Translations under genes and position numbers: made by a program
Notes under the pieces: generated by a model
Told to the model about the DNA's origin: nothing
Seen by the model: only the letters and a program-made list of their open reading frames with translations
The model's database searches: none
In this document: positions 7,164 through 15,191 of the stretch, one piece after another
Numbering within the stretch: position 1 is the first letter of the stretch
Layout of the letters: each line of letters begins with the position of its first letter
NCBI GenBank assembly: GCA_031364845.1
Contig: JANLWX010000203.1
Span: forward strand, 1 to 28,839
Origin: Candidatus Eiseniibacteriota bacterium
Lineage (GTDB): Bacteria; Eisenbacteria; RBG-16-71-46
DNA: 28,839 nucleotides
Reading direction: 5' to 3'

Positions 7164-8600
7164 ATGCCGACCCCGATTTCGATGCCTGTGCGCGAGCCCG
7201 TGCGGGTCGAAAGCCCGCTCGAAGCACTGCGCGCGCTCGAAGGGCTCCCGCATGCGTTCCTGCTCGAGGCGTCGATTCCCGGTTCGCGCGCGGCGTGGTC
7301 GCTGTTCGGCGCTGACCCGTTCGCGGTGTTTCGCGGCGGCGACTGGAGCGACGCCGTCGCAGCATGGCGTGCTGCTGCGGGCACGCTCCCGCGATCGGAC
7401 GTTGCGGCGGAGATAGCCCTACCGCCGTTCACCGGGGGTGCGGTCGGCTACTGGAGCTACGATTTCGGGCGGCGCTTCGAGCGTCTGCCGTCGATCGCTC
7501 GAGACGACCTCCATCTGCCGGATTTCGTGATGGGTTTGTACGACGTCATCGGCGCGTTCGAGCACGCGACCGGAAACGCGTGGCTGTTCGCGACCGGCCT
7601 GCCGCTGACCGGCGAAGCGGCGCGCGCGCACGCACGCGAGCGCCTCGGCTACTTCGCGCGGCGTCTCGAACGCCCCTCGCCCGCACCGCCGTTCGAACCC
7701 GCATCGGCCCACTGCGTCGCCCGCTCGACGTTCACCGCGGATGAGTACCGGCGCGCGATCGATACCGTGCGCGAGCACATCCGCCGCGGCGATATCTTCC
7801 AGGCGAACCTGTCGCAGCGCTGGAGTCTTGCGCTCGATCCGCCTTCGCGCGACGCCGGCGAACTCGCGCGCGCGTTGTGCGCAACGCTCGCGGCGTTGTC
7901 GCCGGCACCGTTCTCGGCGTGCTTCGACGCAGGCGACCATGCGATCGCATCGGCGAGCCCCGAGTTGTTCCTCGATGTGCGCGGCCGCCGCGTCACGACG
8001 CGTCCGATCAAAGGCACCCGCCCGCGCGGCATGTGCCCGGCGGAAGACGAAGGCCTCGCGGCCGAACTCGTGGCGAGTGCCAAGGATCGCGCGGAAAACG
8101 TGATGATCGTCGATGTGCTGCGCAACGATCTCGGCCGCGTCTGCGAAACCGGGACCGTGTCCGTGCCCGAACTGTGCTTGCTCGAAACGTTTCCGCAAGT
8201 GTTCCATCTGACTTCGACGGTCACGGGGACGCTGCGGGCGGATGTCGATGCGTTCGACCTGCTGCGTGCCGCGTTTCCCGGCGGATCGATTTCCGGCGCG
8301 CCCAAGATCCGCGCGATGGAGATCCTCGAGTCGCTCGAGCCCGTCCGGCGGCACATCTATACCGGCAGCATCGGATACGTGGACTGGAGCGGAGATGCGG
8401 CGTGGAACATCGCGATCCGCACCGCGCTCGTCACGCCCGGCGCGATTCACTTCTCCGCCGGCGGCGGCATCACTGCGGATTCGATTCCGGAGGCCGAATA
8501 TCTCGAAACGTTGCACAAGGCCGAAGGCATGCTGCTCGCACTCGGGCGCGCGCTGGGTCCGGTGCGACTCGATGGCGTGGCGCGGGGGGCGGCGGCATGA
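7164..8600 (+). CDS. pabB: Aminodeoxychorismate synthase component I
   Basis: SASPELF; TRPIKGT (Lys form, PabB rather than TrpE PIAGT); KDRAENVMIVDVLRNDLGR; FPGGSISGAPK; NIAIRT; coupled to a class IV aminotransferase gene. Confidence 0.9.
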   Translation: MPTPISMPVREPVRVESPLEALRALEGLPHAFLLEASIPGSRAAWSLFGADPFAVFRGGDWSDAVAAWRAAAGTLPRSDVAAEIALPPFTGGAVGYWSYDFGRRFERLPSIARDDLHLPDFVMGLYDVIGAFEHATGNAWLFATGLPLTGEAARAHARERLGYFARRLERPSPAPPFEPASAHCVARSTFTADEYRRAIDTVREHIRRGDIFQANLSQRWSLALDPPSRDAGELARALCATLAALSPAPFSACFDAGDHAIASASPELFLDVRGRRVTTRPIKGTRPRGMCPAEDEGLAAELVASAKDRAENVMIVDVLRNDLGRVCETGTVSVPELCLLETFPQVFHLTSTVTGTLRADVDAFDLLRAAFPGGSISGAPKIRAMEILESLEPVRRHIYTGSIGYVDWSGDAAWNIAIRTALVTPGAIHFSAGGGITADSIPEAEYLETLHKAEGMLLALGRALGPVRLDGVARGAAA

Positions 8601-9595
8601 ACGATCCGCGTGAGCCGGGCACACCGCGCTCGTCCGGCGACAACACGTGGGGTGCTGCCGATCCGCCTTCCCCCAACGCCGGCGACCGGACCGAGGTTCC
8701 GCGCGACGCCGCGACCCGCGCGGGCGGGGCCGGACGCCCAGCATGGCGCACGCCGGTGCCCGATCGCGTGCTGTGGGTCAACGGCAAGCTTGCGCGCGGC
8801 CGCGATGCCGCGCTCTCGCTGTTCGACCGAGGTGCGCGCGATGGCGAAGGCATCTTCGAAACCGTACGCGTGGAGCGCGGCCGCGCGCATCATTGGCGCC
8901 GCCATCTCGAGCGTCTCGTGCTCGCGGCCGCCGAACTCGGATTTCCGGTGCCGCCTTCGCCCTCGGCGCTGTCGGCCGCTCTGGGCGACATCCTTGCGGC
9001 CAACGCGCTGTCCGATGCCGTCGTCCGCATCACCGTGACCCGCGGAATTCCGCGAGGGCGCCCGACGCGCGCCGGTTGCTGGATCGATGCCGAATCACTT
9101 GCGGGCCGCCTGTGGCGCGGCACCCGCACCGGCCAGGCGCGCGCGATGATCTCTGCGGTGCCGTTCGCCCCGGGCCCGATCGGGCGCTTCAAGACCACGA
9201 GCCGTCTCGCGTATCACCTGGCGCGCGAGGAAGCGCGCGCGGGAGGCGTCGACGAAGCCGTGCTGTGTGGTGCCGACGGGATGGTGCTCGAGGGGGCGGT
9301 GAGTAACGTCTTCGCCGTGTTGCGCGGCGAAGTCGCCACACCCCCGCTCTCGACCGGGATCCTGCCGGGAATCACCCGTGCGCGGGTGCTCGAGCTGTGC
9401 GCCTCGCTCGGGATGACGACCCGCGAGCGGGAACTGTCGCGCGACGAGCTCAAGGCCGCCGACGAGATGTTCGTGACGAACTCGATCCAGCAGATCGTGC
9501 CGCTGGTCGCACTCGACGGGCATCCGCTGCCGAGCCGGACGCTCGGCGCGCGGCTGCGCGAGATCTACCGCGAGCGTGCCGCCGCCGAAGGCTGA
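8597..9595 (+). CDS. pabC: Aminotransferase class IV / 4-amino-4-deoxychorismate lyase
   Basis: ATGA overlap with pabB. DRG..DGEGIFET, HLERL, PLP lysine in FKTTSR, EGAVSN, GILPGITR, FVTNS. Has a low-complexity N-terminal extension of about 55 aa. Confidence 0.8.
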   Translation: MNDPREPGTPRSSGDNTWGAADPPSPNAGDRTEVPRDAATRAGGAGRPAWRTPVPDRVLWVNGKLARGRDAALSLFDRGARDGEGIFETVRVERGRAHHWRRHLERLVLAAAELGFPVPPSPSALSAALGDILAANALSDAVVRITVTRGIPRGRPTRAGCWIDAESLAGRLWRGTRTGQARAMISAVPFAPGPIGRFKTTSRLAYHLAREEARAGGVDEAVLCGADGMVLEGAVSNVFAVLRGEVATPPLSTGILPGITRARVLELCASLGMTTRERELSRDELKAADEMFVTNSIQQIVPLVALDGHPLPSRTLGARLREIYRERAAAEG

Positions 9596-9783
9596 GCCGG
9601 GCGACCGTCGGCGCCACCGACACTTTGGCGTCGCGGCCGGCGCGGGAGGCACGTGAGTCCTTTTGCCCGACCGCTGCGCGCTCCTGCCCGTCCGTGTCGG
9701 TTTTGACCCTGCAACGGTGTGCGCGCCCCCTCGAAATCGCCTCTAATTCGGCACATCGGCCGCCGATGAAGTGTTCACGACAG

Positions 9784-9799
9784 TGGCATATGTGATGCA
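9784..9799 (+). promoter_or_regulatory. Candidate sigma54 promoter for the alpha/beta hydrolase
   Basis: TGGCATATGTGATGCA matches TGGCA-N7-TGCA with exact -24/-12 spacing, in an AT-richer patch. Confidence 0.55.
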
Positions 9800-9810
9800 T
9801 CATCTATGGA

Positions 9811-11334
9811 GTGACGAAAGGAACCCGCGCGATTCCGCGCGTCATGACGCCCATGAGCACACACTCCATCGGGATCGAACAGAGCGGACGGGTGCCGGTC
9901 GCGAACACGAACGGCCTCACGTCCCAGCAGGTCCGCACGGGCCGGCTCGATGTGCTGGTTCCTCATCTGATTCGCGGCCAGCTGCTGCGTCCTGGCTTCG
10001 TGCGCATGAGCCTCAAGCTCGGCGTCGCCCGGCAGATGCCGTCTTGGGCCAAGCTCCAGTTCCTGAACGCGGGTGTCGCCCGCCCGGATCTCGAGCGGGT
10101 TCTCGGACGGATCACGGGCCTCGAGTCGTGGGCCGACGAATGGGAGCGCCTTGGCGTCGAGCGTCATGCCGACGGTGAAGCGGCCCTGGCCCGCGGCGAT
10201 CGTCGCGCGGCGGCCTCGAACTTTCTCGCCGCATCCTCGGCGTACAACTTCTCGCAGTATGTGATCTTCATGGACACGCGCCGCAAGCGTGCGCTGCACG
10301 AGGCGTGCGTCAAGAGCTACGCCGAAGCGGCGCCATTGACCGATCCGCCGGCACAGCGGATCGAGGTGATGTTCCGCCGCCGCCCGATGGTCGGATATCT
10401 GAGAGTTCCTCGGAACACCGCGGGTCCGGTGCCGGTGGTGGTGATGTTCAACGGAACCAATTCGGTGAAGGAAGAGCTGCACTGGTGGTCGGACGCCTTC
10501 ATTGCCCGCGGGCTCGCGACGATCGTCTTCGACGGTCCGGGCATGGGCGAGACCTTCCATCGCCTCTCGATGGTCGGAGAACCGCGCCCGGTCGGTGTTG
10601 CGATTCTCAACTACATTGAAACCCGCCCCGAGCTGGATCCCGGGGCGGTTTCGTTTGTGGGCCTGAGTCTCGGCGGCTACTGCGCGATCCGCATGGCATC
10701 GCACGACCCGCGCGTGAAGGCGGTCGCCGCAGTGAGCCCGCCGTTCTCGGCCGACGTCTACTGGAAGGTGACGCTCGCCGGCATGCGCCGCGAACTGGCG
10801 GCGCTCTATTCGATCCAGGAACACGAGATGGAGAAGGTCATCGTCCGCATCACGCTCGCCAACGATCTTCCCAATCTCACGTGCCCGTTGATGGTCGCGG
10901 GAGGCGGCCAGGACCACATCACGCCCGGCACCGAGGCGTGGCGCATCTTCGATGCCGCGCGCGGCGAACGCGAGATCGTGTTCTATCCCCGCGGCGGCCA
11001 CGACTGCTTCAACGTGATGTCGGAACTGCGCCCGCGCCTGGTGGCGTGGGTCGCGCGGCAGCTCGAACCGCACCGCGGTGTCACGCCCAAGCGGCGCGCA
11101 TGGGACGGTGGCGCGTTCGATCCCTCGTGGAGTGCCGCCGAAGCGGTCGATTCCGACTTCGCCGAGGCCCTGTGCGGCGAAGAGCCGCGGCGCGAATGGC
11201 ACGCGGCGGACGAGCCGAGCGTGCCGGTGCGCTGGGAGTGGCCGTGGCAGAAGGGTGCGAGCGACCGCATCGAGGTCGTCCACCAGGCGCAGCCTGCCGA
11301 GCATCTGCGCACACCGTGGATCGCGCCCGCCTGA
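9811..11334 (+). CDS. Alpha/beta hydrolase (2,6-dihydroxypseudooxynicotine hydrolase/FrsA-like) with terminal extensions
   Basis: GTNSVKEE, FDGPGMGE, nucleophile elbow GLSLGG, acid in GGQDHIT, His in GGHDC. Start uncertain (GTG 9811, ATG 9844 or ATG 9853). Confidence 0.8.
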   Translation: MTKGTRAIPRVMTPMSTHSIGIEQSGRVPVANTNGLTSQQVRTGRLDVLVPHLIRGQLLRPGFVRMSLKLGVARQMPSWAKLQFLNAGVARPDLERVLGRITGLESWADEWERLGVERHADGEAALARGDRRAAASNFLAASSAYNFSQYVIFMDTRRKRALHEACVKSYAEAAPLTDPPAQRIEVMFRRRPMVGYLRVPRNTAGPVPVVVMFNGTNSVKEELHWWSDAFIARGLATIVFDGPGMGETFHRLSMVGEPRPVGVAILNYIETRPELDPGAVSFVGLSLGGYCAIRMASHDPRVKAVAAVSPPFSADVYWKVTLAGMRRELAALYSIQEHEMEKVIVRITLANDLPNLTCPLMVAGGGQDHITPGTEAWRIFDAARGEREIVFYPRGGHDCFNVMSELRPRLVAWVARQLEPHRGVTPKRRAWDGGAFDPSWSAAEAVDSDFAEALCGEEPRREWHAADEPSVPVRWEWPWQKGASDRIEVVHQAQPAEHLRTPWIAPA

Positions 11335-12060
11335 TTACGCCGGCGCCACCTTGAATCGCGGATGCTTGTGCCGGTACATGCGCGTGTCGGCTTCGTCGAG
11401 CAACTGCTGCAGCCGCGCCTGGCCATCCCAAGTTACGAGACCCGTGCTCACGCGTGAGTTGCGCGGCGAGCGCGCGGTGAATGAGCTCGCGACGCGCCCG
11501 GCGATCGTTTCGGCGCCGGTTGCATCGGCCGCGATCACCATCACGAACTCGTCGCCTCCGACGCGATAGGCGCTGTCGGTCCCGAGCCGCGAGGACGACC
11601 GCAGCACGGCGCCAAGCGTGCGAAGCGTCTCGTCGCCGATCGCATGACCGAAGCGATCGTTCACGCGCTTCATCTCGTCGACGTCGAGATAGAGCAGCGT
11701 CAGCGTGAGATCGGTGCGCTGCGCGCGGCTCAAGGCGACCTCGAGATCGCGCTCGAACGCGCGGCGGTTGCCGAGCCCGGTCAGGGGATCGGTGAGCGAC
11801 AACTGCTCGAGCTCATCGAGATGGATGCGCGTGATCTCCTGCTCGCGCCCGATCATCGTGAGGATCCAGATCCCGAGGAGTGCGGTGATCAGCGAATCGA
11901 CCAGCTCGCGGAAGTGCGTGAAGTTCGCGGGGAGCCAGCGGGTCTCGACCAGCTCGAGCACCCACGGCATGGCGACGAGCAACCCCAGCAGCACCGCGGG
12001 CAGGAACAGCAGGCGGTTGCGGGACTTCGGCTCGAAGATCTCTTCGTCGCGCCGTTTCAT
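11335..12060 (-). CDS. Membrane-anchored diguanylate cyclase (two TM helices plus GGDEF domain)
   Basis: Two hydrophobic segments, then TDPLTGLGNRR, DVDEMKRVNDRFGHAIGD, YRVGGDEF and ADTRMY. Start tentatively ATG 12060. Confidence 0.85.
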   Translation of the reverse strand: MKRRDEEIFEPKSRNRLLFLPAVLLGLLVAMPWVLELVETRWLPANFTHFRELVDSLITALLGIWILTMIGREQEITRIHLDELEQLSLTDPLTGLGNRRAFERDLEVALSRAQRTDLTLTLLYLDVDEMKRVNDRFGHAIGDETLRTLGAVLRSSSRLGTDSAYRVGGDEFVMVIAADATGAETIAGRVASSFTARSPRNSRVSTGLVTWDGQARLQQLLDEADTRMYRHKHPRFKVAPA

Positions 12061-12315
12061 GGCATCATCCGTGGCCCACGTCGATCGCGCGGCGGGCATC
12101 CCGCCATCGCGGCGACCGTCATCCATGCCGCCGAAATCCCGCTTCGGCGGCAAGGGAACGCACGCGGCCGAAGGTTTTCCGCAGTCAAGGCTACGGACCC
12201 CGCCCCAGCGGGTCAAGGATGGAAACCGCGCGAGGGTGCGTCGGGAGCGCCCGACCTGCTACTGTTGTGGTGCATTTTGCCCGGCTGAGAGGCCTTTCTT
12301 CGAGGAGTGATCCCC

Positions 12316-12771
12316 ATGCCCGACATTCAGGCCAAAACGCGTGTGCGTCCGCTCGACGAACTGGACATCGGAAGCGTGGTCCGGATCGACGAGCGCATCA
12401 CCGGCCGCTACCGGCCGGAATTCTGGGAACAGCGCGTGGGCTACTACCTGCGGCGCGACCCGGATTCATCGCAGGTGGTCGAAGCCGACGGCAAGGTCGT
12501 GGGATTCATGTTCGGAGACGTGCGCGCCGGAGAATTCGGCCTCGAAGAACCCAGCGGCTGGGTCGAGCGCTTCGGCATCGATCCCGACTACCGCGGACGC
12601 GACCTGGGAACGCTGCTGTTCAAGGCCGTGATGGCGCACTTCACGAAGGCCGGGGTTACGTCGGTTCGAACGCTGGTCGATCAGCAGGATGTGGGCGTGG
12701 CGGGATTCCTGACCGCGCTCGGCTTCGAGCCCTCGCAACTGCAGGCGCTCGAGATGCGCGTCACGAAATAA
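12316..12771 (+). CDS. GNAT family N-acetyltransferase
   Basis: GAGGAG RBS 8 nt before ATG 12316. Acetyl-CoA motif A GIDPDYRGRDLGTLL; FLTALGF motif. Possible extended -10 TGCTACTGT at 12257-12265. Confidence 0.88.
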   Translation: MPDIQAKTRVRPLDELDIGSVVRIDERITGRYRPEFWEQRVGYYLRRDPDSSQVVEADGKVVGFMFGDVRAGEFGLEEPSGWVERFGIDPDYRGRDLGTLLFKAVMAHFTKAGVTSVRTLVDQQDVGVAGFLTALGFEPSQLQALEMRVTK

Positions 12772-12784
12772 ACGGAGAACAGGA

Positions 12785-14137
12785 ATGAAAGTCGAGCAGA
12801 CGACACTTCCCAAGAAGTACCACGACGCGGTCGAGCACTGGCGCAAGCACTGGATCCCGGACTACGGAACCTTGCTCTCCGACTGGGACAAGTATTTCCC
12901 GCAGGACGACGCGTTCTGCCTGTGCGCCAAGATGGAAGTCGGCACGTCCGACATGATCCAGATCGGCGATCAGAAGGGCGAGAAGAAGCGCCTCAAGCCC
13001 GACCAGCTCACGGAAGATCAGGCCAAGCATCTGCTCGCGATCATCCGCGCGCAGGCTTCGACCGAGTTCGGCTCGATCCAGCAGCATGCGGGCACACTCC
13101 ATCGTGCCGCCGATGACGAGGACCGCTTCTGGGTGCTGCGCGTGATGGCCGAGGAGTTGCGCCACGGCTATCAGATGTTCCACCTGCTGCTCACCGAGGA
13201 CTGGACGCACGTCTCGGGCGGCGTGAAGGGTGAAACGATGGTCGAGGAGATCCTGTCGATGCAGACCGGATCGCACGTGCTCGATGCCTTCAACGTCGAG
13301 TACGACTCGTTCATCGACAACATCTGCTTTGCGGCGCTGATCGATCGCGTCGGCAAGTACCAGCTCACGATGCAGAAGGTGTGCGCCTACAAGCCGATGG
13401 CCGACTCCATGCCGCCGATGCTGCGCGAGGAGGCGTTCCATCTGGCGGCCGGCGTGATCCCGCTGCGGCGCTGGGCGCAGCGCGCGGCGAAGGGCGATCC
13501 GCTCGTCACGATGCACGTGGTGCAGAAGTCGATCAACAAGTGGTTCCCGCGCGCGCTCGAGATGTTCGGGGACGAACGCGGCGGCGACAAGAACATCCAT
13601 TTCGGCTTCAAAGACATGAAGAATCGCGAGGCGCAGGATCTGTACATCACCGAAGTGACGCGCATGGTTCGTGACATCAACGCGCGCTATCTGCGCGCCC
13701 GATTCCCGGGCTACACGCCGGAGAAAGTCGAAATGGTGCTGGATCAACTCGATCAGTCACGCGGCAAGCACGAGGGCGTGGCGTGGGACGATCTGCTCCA
13801 CGTTCCCGACCGCCGCTTCTTCCGTCGCAAGGGCGAGACGGCGTGGCAGATGGTGGGCTCGCTCGGCGAGACGTTCACCGATGCCGACGAATACCTGCGC
13901 TATCTGGCGAAGGCGCTGCCCGAGGCCTATCTCACGACGAAGGATCTTCGTTCGTACTCGGAGACGCTGCACAAGGTGGCGGCGGGCGAATTGAGCGTGA
14001 CCGATGCGATCATGTCGATGCCGAAGCTGAAGCGCGTCGGCGGAACCTGTCCCTGTTCGCGATCGGTACGGTGGGTTCAGGAAGACGAATCGGCGGCACC
14101 GGCCGCAACCTCGGCGGCGACGACGAACGGTCACTGA
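12785..14137 (+). CDS. BoxB-like ferritin-fold diiron acyl-CoA epoxidase/oxygenase (PaaA/PaaC/BoxB family)
   Basis: Ligand motifs QASTE(94), EE(124)LRH(127), ID(187)RVGKYQL and EE(216)AFH(219); KWFPRALEMFG; BoxB-like LHVPDRRFFRRKG. Starts 13 nt after the GNAT stop, with its own GGAG/AGGA RBS. Confidence 0.8.
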   Translation: MKVEQTTLPKKYHDAVEHWRKHWIPDYGTLLSDWDKYFPQDDAFCLCAKMEVGTSDMIQIGDQKGEKKRLKPDQLTEDQAKHLLAIIRAQASTEFGSIQQHAGTLHRAADDEDRFWVLRVMAEELRHGYQMFHLLLTEDWTHVSGGVKGETMVEEILSMQTGSHVLDAFNVEYDSFIDNICFAALIDRVGKYQLTMQKVCAYKPMADSMPPMLREEAFHLAAGVIPLRRWAQRAAKGDPLVTMHVVQKSINKWFPRALEMFGDERGGDKNIHFGFKDMKNREAQDLYITEVTRMVRDINARYLRARFPGYTPEKVEMVLDQLDQSRGKHEGVAWDDLLHVPDRRFFRRKGETAWQMVGSLGETFTDADEYLRYLAKALPEAYLTTKDLRSYSETLHKVAAGELSVTDAIMSMPKLKRVGGTCPCSRSVRWVQEDESAAPAATSAATTNGH

Positions 14138-14153
14138 CGGTCGAGCAGTCGCG

Positions 14154-14191
14154 AGCGCCGCTTCCTCGAGTAAGGGAGGCGGCGCTTTTCT
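14154..14191 (+). terminator. Rho-independent terminator closing the GNAT-diiron operon
   Basis: Stem AGCGCCGCTTCC / GGAGGCGGCGCT with one G-U pair, followed by TTTCT. Confidence 0.75.
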
Positions 14192-14371
14192 ATGCGTCGC
14201 GACATCTCATTTGTGCCGTAGAGGCTTGACCCGCATTTGTCGTGATTGCCCCCGCGCGCGCGAAACCCTCGCGACATAAATGCATCAAACGCGGCGCCAC
14301 AGTAACGCTTCGCCGACGTCTGCACTTCCGTGCGGAGCATGCCGCTTCCAAAAACAGGAGGTCGTTGAATC

Positions 14372-14920
14372 ATGAAGAAGAATCTTTTGTGGATCGCCCT
14401 GGTATTTGCCGTTGCCGTTCCTGCCGTGTCGAGTGCGACTGAAGTTCAGGGGAAGTGGGGCCTGGGTTACGTGCGTCCGGAATTCCCGATCGGCGCGCGC
14501 ATCTGGGCGAGCGAGAAGGTCGGCGTGGACGTGGGCCTCGGATTCCTCAGCCTGAGCCCCGACGAGGGTGACAGCCAGACCGCGATCGGTTTCGACGCGG
14601 GTGTGCCCTTCGTCGTGCACAGCACCGAGAACGCTCACTTCTTCATCCGTCCGGGCGTCAGCTTCGCGTCCGATGGCGGCGATGCCGACACCGAAGACGG
14701 CAAGGCGACGCAGCTGTGGGTGTCGGGAACGCTCGGCGCAGAATACTTCTTCACGCCGAACTTCAGCATCCAGGCGGCGCACGGAATCGTGTACAAGAGC
14801 ATCAAGAACGAGTTCACGCCGACCGGCGGCGAGAAGACCGAGGTCAAGGTGAGCACGTTCGGATCCGAGGACTTCGGAATCTCGAACATCGGATTCCACT
14901 ACTACTTCGGCGGCCAGTAG
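14372..14920 (+). CDS. Small outer-membrane beta-barrel protein
   Basis: AGGAGG RBS. Signal peptide MKKNLLWIALVFAVAVPAVSSA. Strands GVDVGLGF and LGAEYFFTPNFSI; C-terminal IGFHYYF. Strongly C/G-ending codons. Confidence 0.88.
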   Translation: MKKNLLWIALVFAVAVPAVSSATEVQGKWGLGYVRPEFPIGARIWASEKVGVDVGLGFLSLSPDEGDSQTAIGFDAGVPFVVHSTENAHFFIRPGVSFASDGGDADTEDGKATQLWVSGTLGAEYFFTPNFSIQAAHGIVYKSIKNEFTPTGGEKTEVKVSTFGSEDFGISNIGFHYYFGGQ

Positions 14921-14956
14921 CCGATACCCCATTCGCTCTGGGATAGAGCGAGCACA

Positions 14957-14998
14957 CACGCGGGGCGGGTCCTCTGGGATCCGTCCCGCGTGCTTTTT
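14957..14998 (+). terminator. Rho-independent terminator
   Basis: 16-bp stem CACGCGGGGCGGGTCC / GGATCCGTCCCGCGTG with two G-U pairs, followed by CTTTTT. Confidence 0.8.
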
Positions 14999-15110
14999 CG
15001 TGCCCGGGCTCAATGCGATGACGGCGCAGGCCGATGACTTCGGGGTCCGCACGGCCGGGGTTCCGCACGCCTCGACGCCGCGCGACACGCATTCCGGAAG
15101 GTCCGCCCGC

Positions 15111-15139
15111 GTGACACGACGCCCGGTCCTCCCTAGAAT
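15111..15139 (+). promoter_or_regulatory. sigma70-type promoter for glgP
   Basis: GTGACA-N17-TAGAAT about 50 nt upstream of GGAG-N5-ATG. Confidence 0.55.
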
Positions 15140-15191
15140 CGCCCCCTTTGCCTGTCGCTGCTGATCGAGAAACCATCGCGCTGGAGCGTTC

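Noticed and set aside
7877..8596. Apparent PabB-PabC fusion or frameshift (572-aa ORF)
   Set aside because: pabB ends normally at 8600 and pabC has its own ATG in an ATGA overlap; the upstream part is out-of-frame read-through.
7164..8600. Anthranilate synthase TrpE call
   Set aside because: The PIKGT lysine motif and the adjacent class IV aminotransferase indicate PabB.
12145..12256. Possible c-di-GMP riboswitch beside the GGDEF gene
   Set aside because: Only fragmentary resemblance (GGCAAG, AAGGCTACGG, CCGACC); the GGCAAA-stem-GNRA-GCAAA architecture of class I and the class II pattern are not present.
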